DNA of 55,345 nucleotides from a virus (Duplodnaviria; Caudoviricetes): IMG/VR virus record IMGVR_UViG_3300012952_000027, positions 1 to 55,345 of that record; one strand, 5' to 3'. Shown piece by piece: positions 1 to 9,519 of this stretch (position 1 is its first letter; each line of letters starts with the position of its first letter). The notes under the pieces were generated by a model. It saw only the letters and a program-made list of their open reading frames with translations, ran no database searches and was not told where the DNA came from. The position numbers and the translations under genes were made by a program.

Positions 1-437
1 ATTACAGACGAAGAAATTCTGGCCTTGAGGCCGTTACCGAGATCTACTTCTGCATTACTAAAATCTTCCTTTGGCTCTGGAGGTGCCTCACCAGTCGTTT
101 CAGGTACCGACGGGTCTGTTGCGAGAAATGTTCTGCTATCTTCGGCATACCCAAATTTATTTTCTGCTATAGCCTTAGATCTATCAATTAATTCATCTAT
201 CATGCTAGTCGCTCTACCTATCATATCATTTCGGAGGTCAGAAATTCTTACAAAAATTTCAACATCTAAATCTGATAATGATGTAACTGTCTGATTTTTA
301 TCAGGTAGCTGCACTCCGTAAGAGACGACTTGGTCTTCAATTGTCTTTTTTACAATCTCTTCAACGACTCTAACGGGGATTACTTTTCTATCTTTTCTTG
401 AAAGCAAGAAAAGAGTCTGGCCTACAGAATACTTCAT
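1..437 (-). CDS. hypothetical protein (3' end runs off the window)
   Basis: Manual translation from ATG at 437 (MKYSVGQTLFLLSRKDRKVIPVRVVEE...) is open to the window edge; AGGA upstream. Not in the ORF track because it has no stop. Confidence 0.75.
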   Translation of the reverse strand, partial: MKYSVGQTLFLLSRKDRKVIPVRVVEEIVKKTIEDQVVSYGVQLPDKNQTVTSLSDLDVEIFVRISDLRNDMIGRATSMIDELIDRSKAIAENKFGYAEDSRTFLATDPSVPETTGEAPPEPKEDFSNAEVDLGNGLKARISSSV

Positions 438-499
438 TTAACAAATCCATCCTATGTAAAGTATCACACAAAAAATAGACTATGTTAACTAAAACAAGT

Positions 500-685
500 C
501 TATCCAGTGTGCTTAAGGACGTCTTCTGTTAAAACGAGAAAAGTGCTTTTTTGGCCGGTTTTCTGAGTGTACTCAGTCAAATCAAGACCGGCAAGTGCAT
601 CTCTAAGTCTGTGTTCTTCTCTGTACCCACCGTAATTGGTGTATATTTTTATTAGTCTTTCTACTACTGAAGGGTGAAGTTTCAA
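500..685 (-). CDS. hypothetical protein
   Basis: 61-aa ORF, co-oriented, fills the gap between genes. Confidence 0.6.
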   Translation of the reverse strand: MKLHPSVVERLIKIYTNYGGYREEHRLRDALAGLDLTEYTQKTGQKSTFLVLTEDVLKHTG

Positions 686-705
686 TTTTAATCTCGGTTA
701 TTAGC

Positions 706-1248
706 TTATTCGAAGCCGATACCTAGAGCTCCCATGGTCACCTGACCTTTTTTGCTTCGGGTTGGCTTGTTGTTACCATACACCCAAGAAGAATCACTGT
801 AAACCTTAGAATCTTCTCCGCCAAACATTGATCTAATTTCACGTCGAACAGCTTGACGAACCTTGTTTTCAGCAACGGATTGACGCCTTTCTTCTCTCAT
901 TTTGAGAATTTCTCTTCTAAGCATAGACTCATCTATCTCAACAAGCTCTTCATCGCCATGCTTGCCTTCGTCAGCGTCGTCCATTTCTTCCATGTAGTGA
1001 CCCTCTTCCTTTTCATCTTCATCAGCTTCAGCGAATGGTGTTAGCCCGAGGGTCGGGTCAGCGCTCTGATCTTCGCCACCTTCGTGCTCACCTTCAGCGA
1101 GCTGACCTTTTCCAAGTCTAAATTCTGCCTCATCAGATACAGAAGGATCATCGTGCATGCTTCTATTGGAAGCCTCGCTAAGCATTCCAGTCTTACTACC
1201 ATTTGCCACACCGGCAAGTGCAGCAAGTCTATCAGCGTTAAATCTCAT
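706..1248 (-). CDS. acidic hypothetical protein, probably head-associated
   Basis: AAGGAG RBS; E/D-rich; contains IDESMLRREILK and ENKVRQAVRREIR helices of the shared motif. Confidence 0.7.
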   Translation of the reverse strand: MRFNADRLAALAGVANGSKTGMLSEASNRSMHDDPSVSDEAEFRLGKGQLAEGEHEGGEDQSADPTLGLTPFAEADEDEKEEGHYMEEMDDADEGKHGDEELVEIDESMLRREILKMREERRQSVAENKVRQAVRREIRSMFGGEDSKVYSDSSWVYGNNKPTRSKKGQVTMGALGIGFE

Positions 1249-1277
1249 TTTTTAGTCTCCTTAGTAGACAATATTAA

Positions 1278-2069
1278 TTATACACCTAGTAGAGATTTTT
1301 CACTAGAGATTTTTCCTAAGACTATACTAAAGTTTTGCGGGGAAGTTTCCCAGTACTTGATCCTGTTTTTAATTGACGTCTTCTTGTTTTTCTTTCTCTG
1401 CTTTTCTCTATTAAGCATTCTATGCAATTTGGCAAGCTCTTTTTGTCTTGTTGGTTTGCAATCTTTAATTTTGCTCTCAATTATTTCTTGATTTTTCTTA
1501 GCAGATTTTTCAAGCTCTTCAAGGTCATAGGTCAGTTTATCTAAATAGAACTCACTATTGTTGACAACACTTCCCATTAGAACGTTGCACTTTTTCATTG
1601 CTTTAGACTTGATCATAGCTGATCTTCCTCGAGATCCGTTTGCAGGAGGCCTAAAGTCTTCAATTGTTAGATTTTCAAAATGTAAAACTGCAAACTCGTC
1701 AAAAGCAGGAGATGCAACTATATAAATATAGTCAAGGCTACCCTTGGACCTGAGGGTTTCATAATCAGTTTGAAAATTAATCTGGCCAGATCTATTTCTA
1801 GTGGTCAGCTTGCACTCAAGCTCTTTTCCAATAGAGTTGATTACTATGTCTGGCTGACCTGGCCTGCCGTCACAGACAACTCCTTTGTAATGTTTCTCAA
1901 GTTCGTTTGCAAGAAAAGTCTCTTGGGACTGAGAAAGTATACAATTTCTTCTTCCTAAATTTTCTAAAAGATCCATTCCATGATTGGAGAAAGTCTTCAT
2001 GATATCCTCATGAAAACTAACCATGCTACGAGTAGCTGACTCTGCTATTTCTTTTGTAATATAAGACAA
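1278..2069 (-). CDS. PD-(D/E)xK restriction-endonuclease-like protein
   Basis: QE...PDIVI...ELECK catalytic pattern; basic coiled-coil C-terminus. Confidence 0.6.
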   Translation of the reverse strand: MSYITKEIAESATRSMVSFHEDIMKTFSNHGMDLLENLGRRNCILSQSQETFLANELEKHYKGVVCDGRPGQPDIVINSIGKELECKLTTRNRSGQINFQTDYETLRSKGSLDYIYIVASPAFDEFAVLHFENLTIEDFRPPANGSRGRSAMIKSKAMKKCNVLMGSVVNNSEFYLDKLTYDLEELEKSAKKNQEIIESKIKDCKPTRQKELAKLHRMLNREKQRKKNKKTSIKNRIKYWETSPQNFSIVLGKISSEKSLLGV

Positions 2070-2071
2070 GG

Positions 2072-2428
2072 CTAAACATCCGGTAAAAGATTTTTTCTAA
2101 TGTTCTGTGTAATTTCTTGACCTTTTGATGCTGCTAGTTGAAGAGGTTCTAGACCTAAAGCGACTCTAACAGTGTCGTAATCATCATGACTAAGCTTCTC
2201 TTTTAAAACAGCCATATCAGCATACTGATGAAGATCCCACTGTACAACAGGTACATCTTCACCTTCGAGCCCTGGTTCAAACTCACCAGTCTCTCTGCTC
2301 TCAAAGATATATAAGAGTTGAGGCATTTGTTCTTCAGTAGGAACCATGATGAAAGGTAGTTGAGTTGAACCTCCTTCGGAAGTCTCTTCGTACATGATCT
2401 CAGGAACCCATTTGCTATCTTGGGACAT
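2072..2428 (-). CDS. hypothetical protein
   Basis: 118-aa ORF with AAGGAG RBS. Confidence 0.75.
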   Translation of the reverse strand: MSQDSKWVPEIMYEETSEGGSTQLPFIMVPTEEQMPQLLYIFESRETGEFEPGLEGEDVPVVQWDLHQYADMAVLKEKLSHDDYDTVRVALGLEPLQLAASKGQEITQNIRKNLLPDV

Positions 2429-2476
2429 AGTTTATTTCTCCTTATGATTTAATTGTTACACAAAAAGAGAAATTGT

Positions 2477-3364
2477 TTAACTAAAAGAGATGTCAGAATA
2501 AGCTCTGTCAAATATTGAATCAAACAAAGAGAGAGCTTCAGAGTCGCCTGCAAGAGATGCACCTCCAGCAAGGCCTGCCTGATCTTTGAGCTGAGAAAGA
2601 ATATCAAGAAAAGTCCTTCTCATCTCTCTTGAAACATTCTCAACTGTATAGTTTTCAACGTCCTGCACGAGTCTACTTTGCTGCTCACCAGAAAGATTCT
2701 GCAAACGAGGGTCAGGAGATTGTAACATAGCATCCTCAAGAAGACTTTCAGCGCTAGGAACGACGGGAGGTGTTTCAGTGTAGTCTAAAAAAGAATTAGC
2801 TATTGCATCGTTTAAGGAATTTATGTCTGGCTGATTTTTAATTGCAAGGTAGTCAGAAACGAGCTGATCTACGTCCTGCCTCACTCTCTCTAAGAAATCT
2901 CTAACATCACCTGTGTTTTGTGAACCATCAAAGTTTTCTCTAACAGATCGTGAACCCCCAGCAATATTTCTTGTATACCTTCTTGGAGACCCTGAAGAGA
3001 TATCTCTAGTAATCCCTGAGGAAACAGTCCCAGCAAGGTTACCGATAGTATTAAATACTCCTCCGAGAATTCTTATCACTCCTCCTGCAAGCCCGGTTAC
3101 AAGTCCAAATAAACCTCTGCCTTCAATAGGATTTCCCTGATCATCTACACCGCCTCCAAAAAGAGTTCTGTAGGCAGGGGTCGCAAGGGAATGAACAAGG
3201 CCGACCTGCTCTATGCTTTGTGGATTTTCTACTCCAAAAAGCCTCGGTCCTCTCGGAGATCTATCAGCAGTCATCGCCGGGTTGTACCTATAGAATCTTC
3301 TCTCGGCAAGAAGCGATTCTCTTATAAAGTATCTCAAAATATCTTTTTGATTATTAGAGCTCAT
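2477..3364 (-). CDS. hypothetical protein with N-terminal LRYFIRESL motif
   Basis: ORF track 2477..3400; more likely start is ATG at 3364 (MSSNNQ), overlapping the end of the upstream gene. Confidence 0.65.
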   Translation of the reverse strand: MSSNNQKDILRYFIRESLLAERRFYRYNPAMTADRSPRGPRLFGVENPQSIEQVGLVHSLATPAYRTLFGGGVDDQGNPIEGRGLFGLVTGLAGGVIRILGGVFNTIGNLAGTVSSGITRDISSGSPRRYTRNIAGGSRSVRENFDGSQNTGDVRDFLERVRQDVDQLVSDYLAIKNQPDINSLNDAIANSFLDYTETPPVVPSAESLLEDAMLQSPDPRLQNLSGEQQSRLVQDVENYTVENVSREMRRTFLDILSQLKDQAGLAGGASLAGDSEALSLFDSIFDRAYSDISFS

Positions 3365-3632
3365 TAAGTTCTCTTCTCTCTTGCAAGGTTCTAAGCACAA
3401 GAGATATTCCAGTAATTTCCTTATAATAATTAATTATGTTTTTCTCGAAGTTATTTAAACTTTGCTCTTTAGTTTTAGGATCTCTAGTTGAAAAATTCTT
3501 TCTTAGCTTAGGCGGGAGACCTTTCATGACCTCCTTCTTCACAGTTACCCAGTCGTCGCAACTTCCAGTGTATGAAGATACAAACCTGACTTCTTCAAGA
3601 ATTCTCTCCTTTTGATCAAATTCAATTTCCAT
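3354..3632 (-). CDS. hypothetical protein
   Basis: 92-aa ORF coupled (TAATG overlap) to the upstream gene. Confidence 0.7.
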   Translation of the reverse strand: MEIEFDQKERILEEVRFVSSYTGSCDDWVTVKKEVMKGLPPKLRKNFSTRDPKTKEQSLNNFEKNIINYYKEITGISLVLRTLQERRELNEL

Positions 3633-6600
3633 TACAATATTTCTCTAATTAGCTTTCTAAGAGTTTCAGCAAGCTGATCTTCGCTCGGAGAGCTGCTCTC
3701 TTGTTTGACTAGAGATTTCGGGCTAGGAAATGTTGACTTCTTAACAACCTGTATAAAATCAGCGCGATCCTCTTTTTCATCTAAGTCAACTCCAGAGTTT
3801 GGAAGAGTTTTTAGCGGAGACTTTGTTAGCTGAGACCTTATTCCATAATTCCCGCCCCTAAAGTTTCTAAAGTAAACAGATCCTTGTGCATCATTAAAAT
3901 CAAACAAGGCAGTATCTTTGTTTGGCCCAAGAGATATCTTAAACTCTGGGTGAAGGTGAAATAAACCTTTTCCTTTAACTTGAACAAGGCCAGCCTGTTT
4001 AAGCATGTAGTATTTTCTTAAAGTTCCTGCAGAGACTGTATAGACAGCAAGCAGTGCACCTTTTATCTGTTTTCCATCTACATCAATAGGATTGTCTGAC
4101 AAGACAGGCTGGACTACATTGACATACTCATCTCGAGATATCCTTCTAAGAATACTTTCTATTCCGTCCTCGGGCCTATCTTTTCTAAAGTCGTTAATAG
4201 CATCCTTTACTTTTGAAAGTCTCTCCCTGACCTTTTCTCTAGAGGGATCAGCGTTAATTAGATTGGCGATATCTTGGTTTTGTGCTTTTGGATTTGTAGC
4301 TAAGAAAGCGCCTGCGTCAAAATCGTAAGCAAGCGTAGGTTCACCAGCCTGAGCATTAGGTAGCTTGACTTCAATACCTAACATCTCAGGTCGCCCTTCG
4401 GAATCAGTAGCTGAAGTTGGAACATAAATGTCAGAAACAGAATTATCTTCTCCGCCGGCTGCCTCTATCCCAGAATCCTCAAGCTGGTCACGAACACTAA
4501 TCTCATATTCATACCCAGCCTTTCTCTGGCCGCCTGTAACTCCGGCTATTCCAAACAAAATTAAAACATTGGAATCTGGAAGAAGGTAAGCAGTATAAGT
4601 GCCGGATGGATTTTTACCTTCATTCGGTGCTAGCTCTCTGACTTGATTGTTGCTCTCCGGGGACAAGAGGTCGTACAAGTCATTCATTAACTGAGAGAAG
4701 TCGTGTCTGTCTTGGGACCCTGACTTTATTCCAAACCTCATTAATCTTAAGCTTGATTTTCCTCCTATGACTTTTTCAAAATCAGACCCTAGGAAGTCTG
4801 AGCTAGAAAGGATCTTTTGAATTGCCCTAGTCTTTCCTGCCCAGGATCCGGAAGATTTAAACTCATCTATCTCTTGACTAAATTCACCTAGATCAGGCTT
4901 GACAAGAGTGTCGCCGCCGATTTCAACCTCAACATCTCTTGATGCATCTTGCTCTTTAAATATTTGTTTTATAATATTTCTCATATTCCTCTCGTTCACC
5001 TGTGAGTCCATCTTGGACTTTAAAACAGCCATGGCTTGAGTCGCTGCGTCTCTTACAGCTTCGGACTTTGAGCTAAGCCTGTTTTGAATATAGCTTTCGA
5101 ACCTCTGAAATGCTTCGCTAAACATATCGTTATCTCTAGATTTCATAAAATCTAAAAGCTGGCTGAAGGTTCTAATACTATCCTTGGGAACGTCGATTCC
5201 AATTATTGGAAGATATTCGTCGGGATCAGGGATTCTGCCTTCTGGATTCTGCTTGCCATTAATTTTCTCTCTCCAGCCTCCGGGAAATGTAACTGTATAC
5301 TTAACCAGCCTATTCGGTGTAGAGTCGCGCTCACTTTTTATTTTTGCAAGGAGAGATAGCATAAGCTTGTGATATTCTCCCTTGACTTCTCCCTCTCCTC
5401 CGCCGGAAAGTTCCCAAGCAGTATCTTCAATATTACTACTCGTAAATAAATCTACCTGGTAATACTTGCCCTGATAATCTACCATGACCGTTGCTGCTCT
5501 TCCCCCGGGTAGCTCAATAACTCTCGGGATTCCCTCAACGATCTCTTCACTTAGATAGGAAAGGTTTTTTAAACCTGCTACAAGCTTTTTTACATCAGGC
5601 TCACTAACTGTTAGATCAACGTCTCCAATTGACTTCTTATCCGTCGCAGTGCTTCCAACCGGGAGATAATCTAGTCCAAGGGGTTTTATAATATTTTTTA
5701 CAACTTCTTTTTCAATCTTAGTCGCTATCTCTCTAGGTATTCTCTCGCTAGTGGTTACCGGCGGACCAGTTGGCCGGCCTCTTTCATCTCTAGGGCGGAA
5801 GGCGTTACCCCCTTCTTTTATTTTTTTACCTAGCGTGTGGTGAATAATTTCACTGAGCATCTCACTAATCTCAATCTCCTCTTCTGGCTCAGATCCAGGG
5901 AGGCTCGCTCTTCCAAAACCCTCCCTTCCCATTGCAGTTCTAAAAAATCCTCTCAGCCTATTAATTGGCGTAAAGAGACCTGTTAGCTTATATGTTTTGT
6001 TGTTGTGAGTAAATACTATTCCTTCTGTTGCTCTATTGAATAGATCTTCGTTTGACTCTAGTCTTGCAAGAGCTACTCTAATACCCTCTAGGGTCTTCGT
6101 GTCCTCTGGTCCAAGGTTAAAATCAAATCCGCTTTCAAGAGCCTTCCTGGCGTCTTTTACAAACCCTAGCAGTTCTTCTTGATTACTAGCTGTAAGAGTT
6201 AGGTCAAGTTTGTCTATAATTATCACACCAAGTCTTTGAATAATATTTTCCAGTGGAATTATAGCCTCTTGGACAACGCGAGTTTTTACTTTGTCTAGCT
6301 CTCTAAATTTCTGATAATCTTCATTTGAAACAAGTTTTTTTAACCTTAGGGCTATCTTACCTTTGCCTGTCATAAATCTATCTGCAACATCTGCAACTAG
6401 TTCGTCAGGAATAAAGTCATACTTTTCAGATAAGAATTTTTCTAATCTTGCCTTGATGTAGTCACCAACTGTGCTCTCTCCTACTGAAAGCCCAACGTCT
6501 GAGACAACTGTAGTAAGATCTTCTTCTAGCTGCTTGATCTGCTCATCATCCTTTTCGAGATCTTGTAAAAGCTGAGCAGTTGGAACCTCATCCATTGTAA

Positions 6601-7228
6601 ATGCTTCGGTTGATGCTTGCTTCATCTGTGACTTAAACGTCGATAAAGCTTCTTGATTAACAGGTTCTTCTGTGAGCGGGATAGCTAGAACAGTCCTAAG
6701 AGAGTCTTGGTCATACAAAATTGTATTTGGATTTTTAGAAACCATAATCTGAGATGCTATTACCACCTCCCCGTTTCTAAAAAGAGAGTCTTGAAAAGGC
6801 AATGCAACTGGCTCGAGCGCTTCATATGCAATTGTAAAGCCTTCTGCAATATTTGACCTTTGCCCTGTATAAGCTGACATGATCTCTTCAAGTGTCATGC
6901 CTCCGCCTTTAGATCTAGAACGTATAGCGTCTAGCTTTTTATCCTTGGCCGCCTGACCCTGTAGATCCATTTTTGTAAAAAATCTTAGTTGATTATCTAC
7001 AACAGTAAATGCAAGAAACTGACCATCCATTTTTTCCTGGACATTTTCTAGCTTTCCTTCAAGTGCAAGGTTTCCAATCTCTATTATCTCTGTCAAAGGC
7101 ATGGAGAGCTCTTCATAGAGGTTGTAGATGTGTGCCTCCTCTCCTGGAGCACCAGCAGGATCAGCCTGTTCAGACACTATTTTTTGATAATACTCTTTAA
7201 TGACAGCAGGAGGAATTATTATAGCCAT
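3632..7228 (-). CDS. multidomain protein: ATP-dependent ligase-like nucleotidyltransferase + Pol-beta-type nucleotidyltransferase + PD-(D/E)xK nuclease-like domain
   Basis: QEKMDG (ligase motif I), EGIVF...YKLTG (motifs IV/V); VGST...GDVDL...QVDLF (Pol-beta NTase); GYEYE...SDIYV...GIEVK (PD-(D/E)xK). Confidence 0.65.
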   Translation of the reverse strand: MAIIIPPAVIKEYYQKIVSEQADPAGAPGEEAHIYNLYEELSMPLTEIIEIGNLALEGKLENVQEKMDGQFLAFTVVDNQLRFFTKMDLQGQAAKDKKLDAIRSRSKGGGMTLEEIMSAYTGQRSNIAEGFTIAYEALEPVALPFQDSLFRNGEVVIASQIMVSKNPNTILYDQDSLRTVLAIPLTEEPVNQEALSTFKSQMKQASTEAFTMDEVPTAQLLQDLEKDDEQIKQLEEDLTTVVSDVGLSVGESTVGDYIKARLEKFLSEKYDFIPDELVADVADRFMTGKGKIALRLKKLVSNEDYQKFRELDKVKTRVVQEAIIPLENIIQRLGVIIIDKLDLTLTASNQEELLGFVKDARKALESGFDFNLGPEDTKTLEGIRVALARLESNEDLFNRATEGIVFTHNNKTYKLTGLFTPINRLRGFFRTAMGREGFGRASLPGSEPEEEIEISEMLSEIIHHTLGKKIKEGGNAFRPRDERGRPTGPPVTTSERIPREIATKIEKEVVKNIIKPLGLDYLPVGSTATDKKSIGDVDLTVSEPDVKKLVAGLKNLSYLSEEIVEGIPRVIELPGGRAATVMVDYQGKYYQVDLFTSSNIEDTAWELSGGGEGEVKGEYHKLMLSLLAKIKSERDSTPNRLVKYTVTFPGGWREKINGKQNPEGRIPDPDEYLPIIGIDVPKDSIRTFSQLLDFMKSRDNDMFSEAFQRFESYIQNRLSSKSEAVRDAATQAMAVLKSKMDSQVNERNMRNIIKQIFKEQDASRDVEVEIGGDTLVKPDLGEFSQEIDEFKSSGSWAGKTRAIQKILSSSDFLGSDFEKVIGGKSSLRLMRFGIKSGSQDRHDFSQLMNDLYDLLSPESNNQVRELAPNEGKNPSGTYTAYLLPDSNVLILFGIAGVTGGQRKAGYEYEISVRDQLEDSGIEAAGGEDNSVSDIYVPTSATDSEGRPEMLGIEVKLPNAQAGEPTLAYDFDAGAFLATNPKAQNQDIANLINADPSREKVRERLSKVKDAINDFRKDRPEDGIESILRRISRDEYVNVVQPVLSDNPIDVDGKQIKGALLAVYTVSAGTLRKYYMLKQAGLVQVKGKGLFHLHPEFKISLGPNKDTALFDFNDAQGSVYFRNFRGGNYGIRSQLTKSPLKTLPNSGVDLDEKEDRADFIQVVKKSTFPSPKSLVKQESSSPSEDQLAETLRKLIREIL

Positions 7229-7229
7229 G

Positions 7230-8066
7230 TTAACCTCTTATAACACTTCTAACAAATGCCCTAAGATAGGCTTCGTTCTGTAATTCTTCTTCAGTTTTTC
7301 CAGCCAGAATATTAAGAATTTGATCTTTCTCAGAATCGTCTAAGAAGGGTGGCAAAAATCTCTTAGCCCGATCAGAAGTATCTCTAGAAGATGCAAGATT
7401 TCTAACGTGCGTCCCTCTCACAGTTTGTCTTGAGGCAACTTCTTCGTCGTCAAGCTCCTCACCCTTACTAGCATAAAAATCTTTCAATGCCTCTCGAGCT
7501 TCAGACTCGCCTTGTGCCATTAGCTGGTCAAGTTTTTCAGTATAGTCGTCCGGGCTAGACGGGACTGCACCGCCAAATTGAATCTGCCCTGCCTGGACTG
7601 CATCTTTAAACTTTGGACTTCGCATGTAAGGGCGCATTGAATCCCCGTCACCATAGATAGTTACCTTTTCTATCTCGCCTGGATCATCGACAAAGTCCTC
7701 AAGTGTCTTAAAGATCGCTGTGACAGGCGCCCGAATTGCAGCTAAATTACCTTGAGCATCTTTGGCCTGACTTTGAATGAGAAATACCTCAACCTCTGGG
7801 ATCCTCTCTAGAGCACCCTTATATATGTTAAAAATATTTTGAGCGACCTGCTCATCATATGTTCGACCTGAGTCGCCGATTCCTCTAAACTTTTGTCCCG
7901 ACTTTAAGGGCTGACCCTTCTTTCCATACCGAGTTGGCGCAAGCTGTTGCATACCATAAAACAAATACACCTTGTCATTGTCACGAATAGCATCAGCAAG
8001 CTTAGCGAAATGACCAGTTGTAAAGGGCTTAAATCCGCCGCCGTATAGTCCTAACTTAATTCCCAC
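7230..8066 (-). CDS. HIGH-superfamily (cytidylyltransferase-like) nucleotidyltransferase
   Basis: N-terminal GLYGGGFKPFTTGHF (GxFxPxT/HxGH); C-terminal RGTHVR resembling SxTxxR; AGGAGG RBS, GTG start. Confidence 0.75.
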   Translation of the reverse strand: MGIKLGLYGGGFKPFTTGHFAKLADAIRDNDKVYLFYGMQQLAPTRYGKKGQPLKSGQKFRGIGDSGRTYDEQVAQNIFNIYKGALERIPEVEVFLIQSQAKDAQGNLAAIRAPVTAIFKTLEDFVDDPGEIEKVTIYGDGDSMRPYMRSPKFKDAVQAGQIQFGGAVPSSPDDYTEKLDQLMAQGESEAREALKDFYASKGEELDDEEVASRQTVRGTHVRNLASSRDTSDRAKRFLPPFLDDSEKDQILNILAGKTEEELQNEAYLRAFVRSVIRG

Positions 8067-8119
8067 AGATATAGCCTCCTATATTTAATTATTCACAAAG
8101 AAGACAGGTTTACAAGAAT

Positions 8120-8419
8120 CTAATCGTCTATCTCTTTAATAAGTCCAGAGTTTAAACCAGCTCGATGTGCTTTCCTTCTAAGATGTCTTAAACTTTCCAT
8201 GCAGCGAGTTATTCTATCTCTTTCTTTTCTGTCGAGCCTGGCAAGTTGATTTCTAATGATTTTTAGTTCATTCAGCACAGTATCATAAGAGTCAACGTGC
8301 GCCTGTGAGCCAAAGTCAACTTCAGAACCCTCAAAGGTTAAAAACTTTCTCCTAGCCTGCTTAGCAGATTCACTCATAAGGTCAAGAAGACTTTTAACCA
8401 TATTGCTTTCTTTTTTCAA
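8120..8419 (-). CDS. hypothetical protein
   Basis: 99-aa ORF overlapping the upstream stop. Confidence 0.65.
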   Translation of the reverse strand: MKKESNMVKSLLDLMSESAKQARRKFLTFEGSEVDFGSQAHVDSYDTVLNELKIIRNQLARLDRKERDRITRCMESLRHLRRKAHRAGLNSGLIKEIDD

Positions 8420-8640
8420 CTTGAAAACTCTGTTGGGAGAGTTTCTTCAATTATTTCAGATTTTTCTACATTGTCAAGAGAATGTTTAAAACTCTTGTAA
8501 ACGAACTCTCTAATATCTTCATTGGTGATATCCTTTCCAATAGGTACAGCCAAACCTTCTCGAACAGCGTTCTCAAACATTGGGGTATATTCTATCTCTA
8601 GTGAGTTTCCGTTGGGAAGTTCTATAATTCTCTTTTCCAT
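8416..8640 (-). CDS. hypothetical protein
   Basis: 74-aa ORF in operon. Confidence 0.65.
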   Translation of the reverse strand: MEKRIIELPNGNSLEIEYTPMFENAVREGLAVPIGKDITNEDIREFVYKSFKHSLDNVEKSEIIEETLPTEFSS

Positions 8641-8647
8641 TGTGCTA

Positions 8648-9334
8648 TTATCCTTTCATTAACTCTCTGACTCTCTGTCTAATACTCTCTTTAACTTGTG
8701 AGCCGACTTGAATCGGAGGTGTAGTATCTTCGGGTCCGGATGACTTCTGGGGTTGAGCCCTTTCATCTTCTGTATCTTCAGGCCTTTTTGAAGCCTTACT
8801 AGAGGGTGTAGTCTTTTCCTTAGAAACATCAAGAGAAACCGGAGGATCGCTTGGATCCTGGGGCGGTTGGCCTGTCTTATTCATGATATTGGCAACTGAG
8901 AGCAAGAAGGTATACATAAGCTCTCGCTCTTCGTCGTCTAGATCACTCATGATATATTGTTCAAGAGGTTCTGCTACGTCGCTGTCCTTTGTAGAATCTC
9001 CAGCTCTTATCTGATTAATAATTTTTCTTATAGTGTAATAGTTAATCTCTTCTTTACTATTATCTTTACTGCTAGGTTCTTCGGCTTCAGGCTCAGGTTT
9101 TGGTGCCGGTTCCTCGGCAGCTTGCTGCTCTTCCTCTTCTTCTTCAGCTTCATCAAATCTTTGCTTATCTTTTACTATTTTTTTTACAAACTCTTTCTGA
9201 TATTCTTTTTCATCAGAAATCCCTTCAGAGATTTGAAGACGTGAACTGGCTACACTTTCCTCAGCAAGAATTTTTAAAAAAACTTCAAGACCCTCAGAAG
9301 AGTCTATCTTTATATCAGTCACTTCTTTCTCCAA
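8648..9334 (-). CDS. acidic low-complexity hypothetical protein
   Basis: E/P-rich; ends KESIRQRVRELMKG. Confidence 0.7.
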   Translation of the reverse strand: MEKEVTDIKIDSSEGLEVFLKILAEESVASSRLQISEGISDEKEYQKEFVKKIVKDKQRFDEAEEEEEEQQAAEEPAPKPEPEAEEPSSKDNSKEEINYYTIRKIINQIRAGDSTKDSDVAEPLEQYIMSDLDDEERELMYTFLLSVANIMNKTGQPPQDPSDPPVSLDVSKEKTTPSSKASKRPEDTEDERAQPQKSSGPEDTTPPIQVGSQVKESIRQRVRELMKG

Positions 9335-9492
9335 TTAAACCTTATTGAGTTTTGCCATTTTTCTCTATACAGCCTGTTATAGACTCTTTGAGGGAGCTCT
9401 TCTCTTTCGTGAAGTTTCTGAGCTTTTTCCTCTTGGTTTGCTGCCTCTCTTTTTTCGAGATCCTTAACAAATTTGTCAAACTTAAATTTCAT
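9319..9492 (-). CDS. small hypothetical protein
   Basis: GGAGG RBS in front of ATG at 9492 (MKFKFDKF). Confidence 0.65.
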   Translation of the reverse strand: MKFKFDKFVKDLEKREAANQEEKAQKLHEREELPQRVYNRLYREKWQNSIRFNWRKK

Positions 9493-9519
9493 TAGAATTT
9501 CCTCCAAGAATAAATATGA

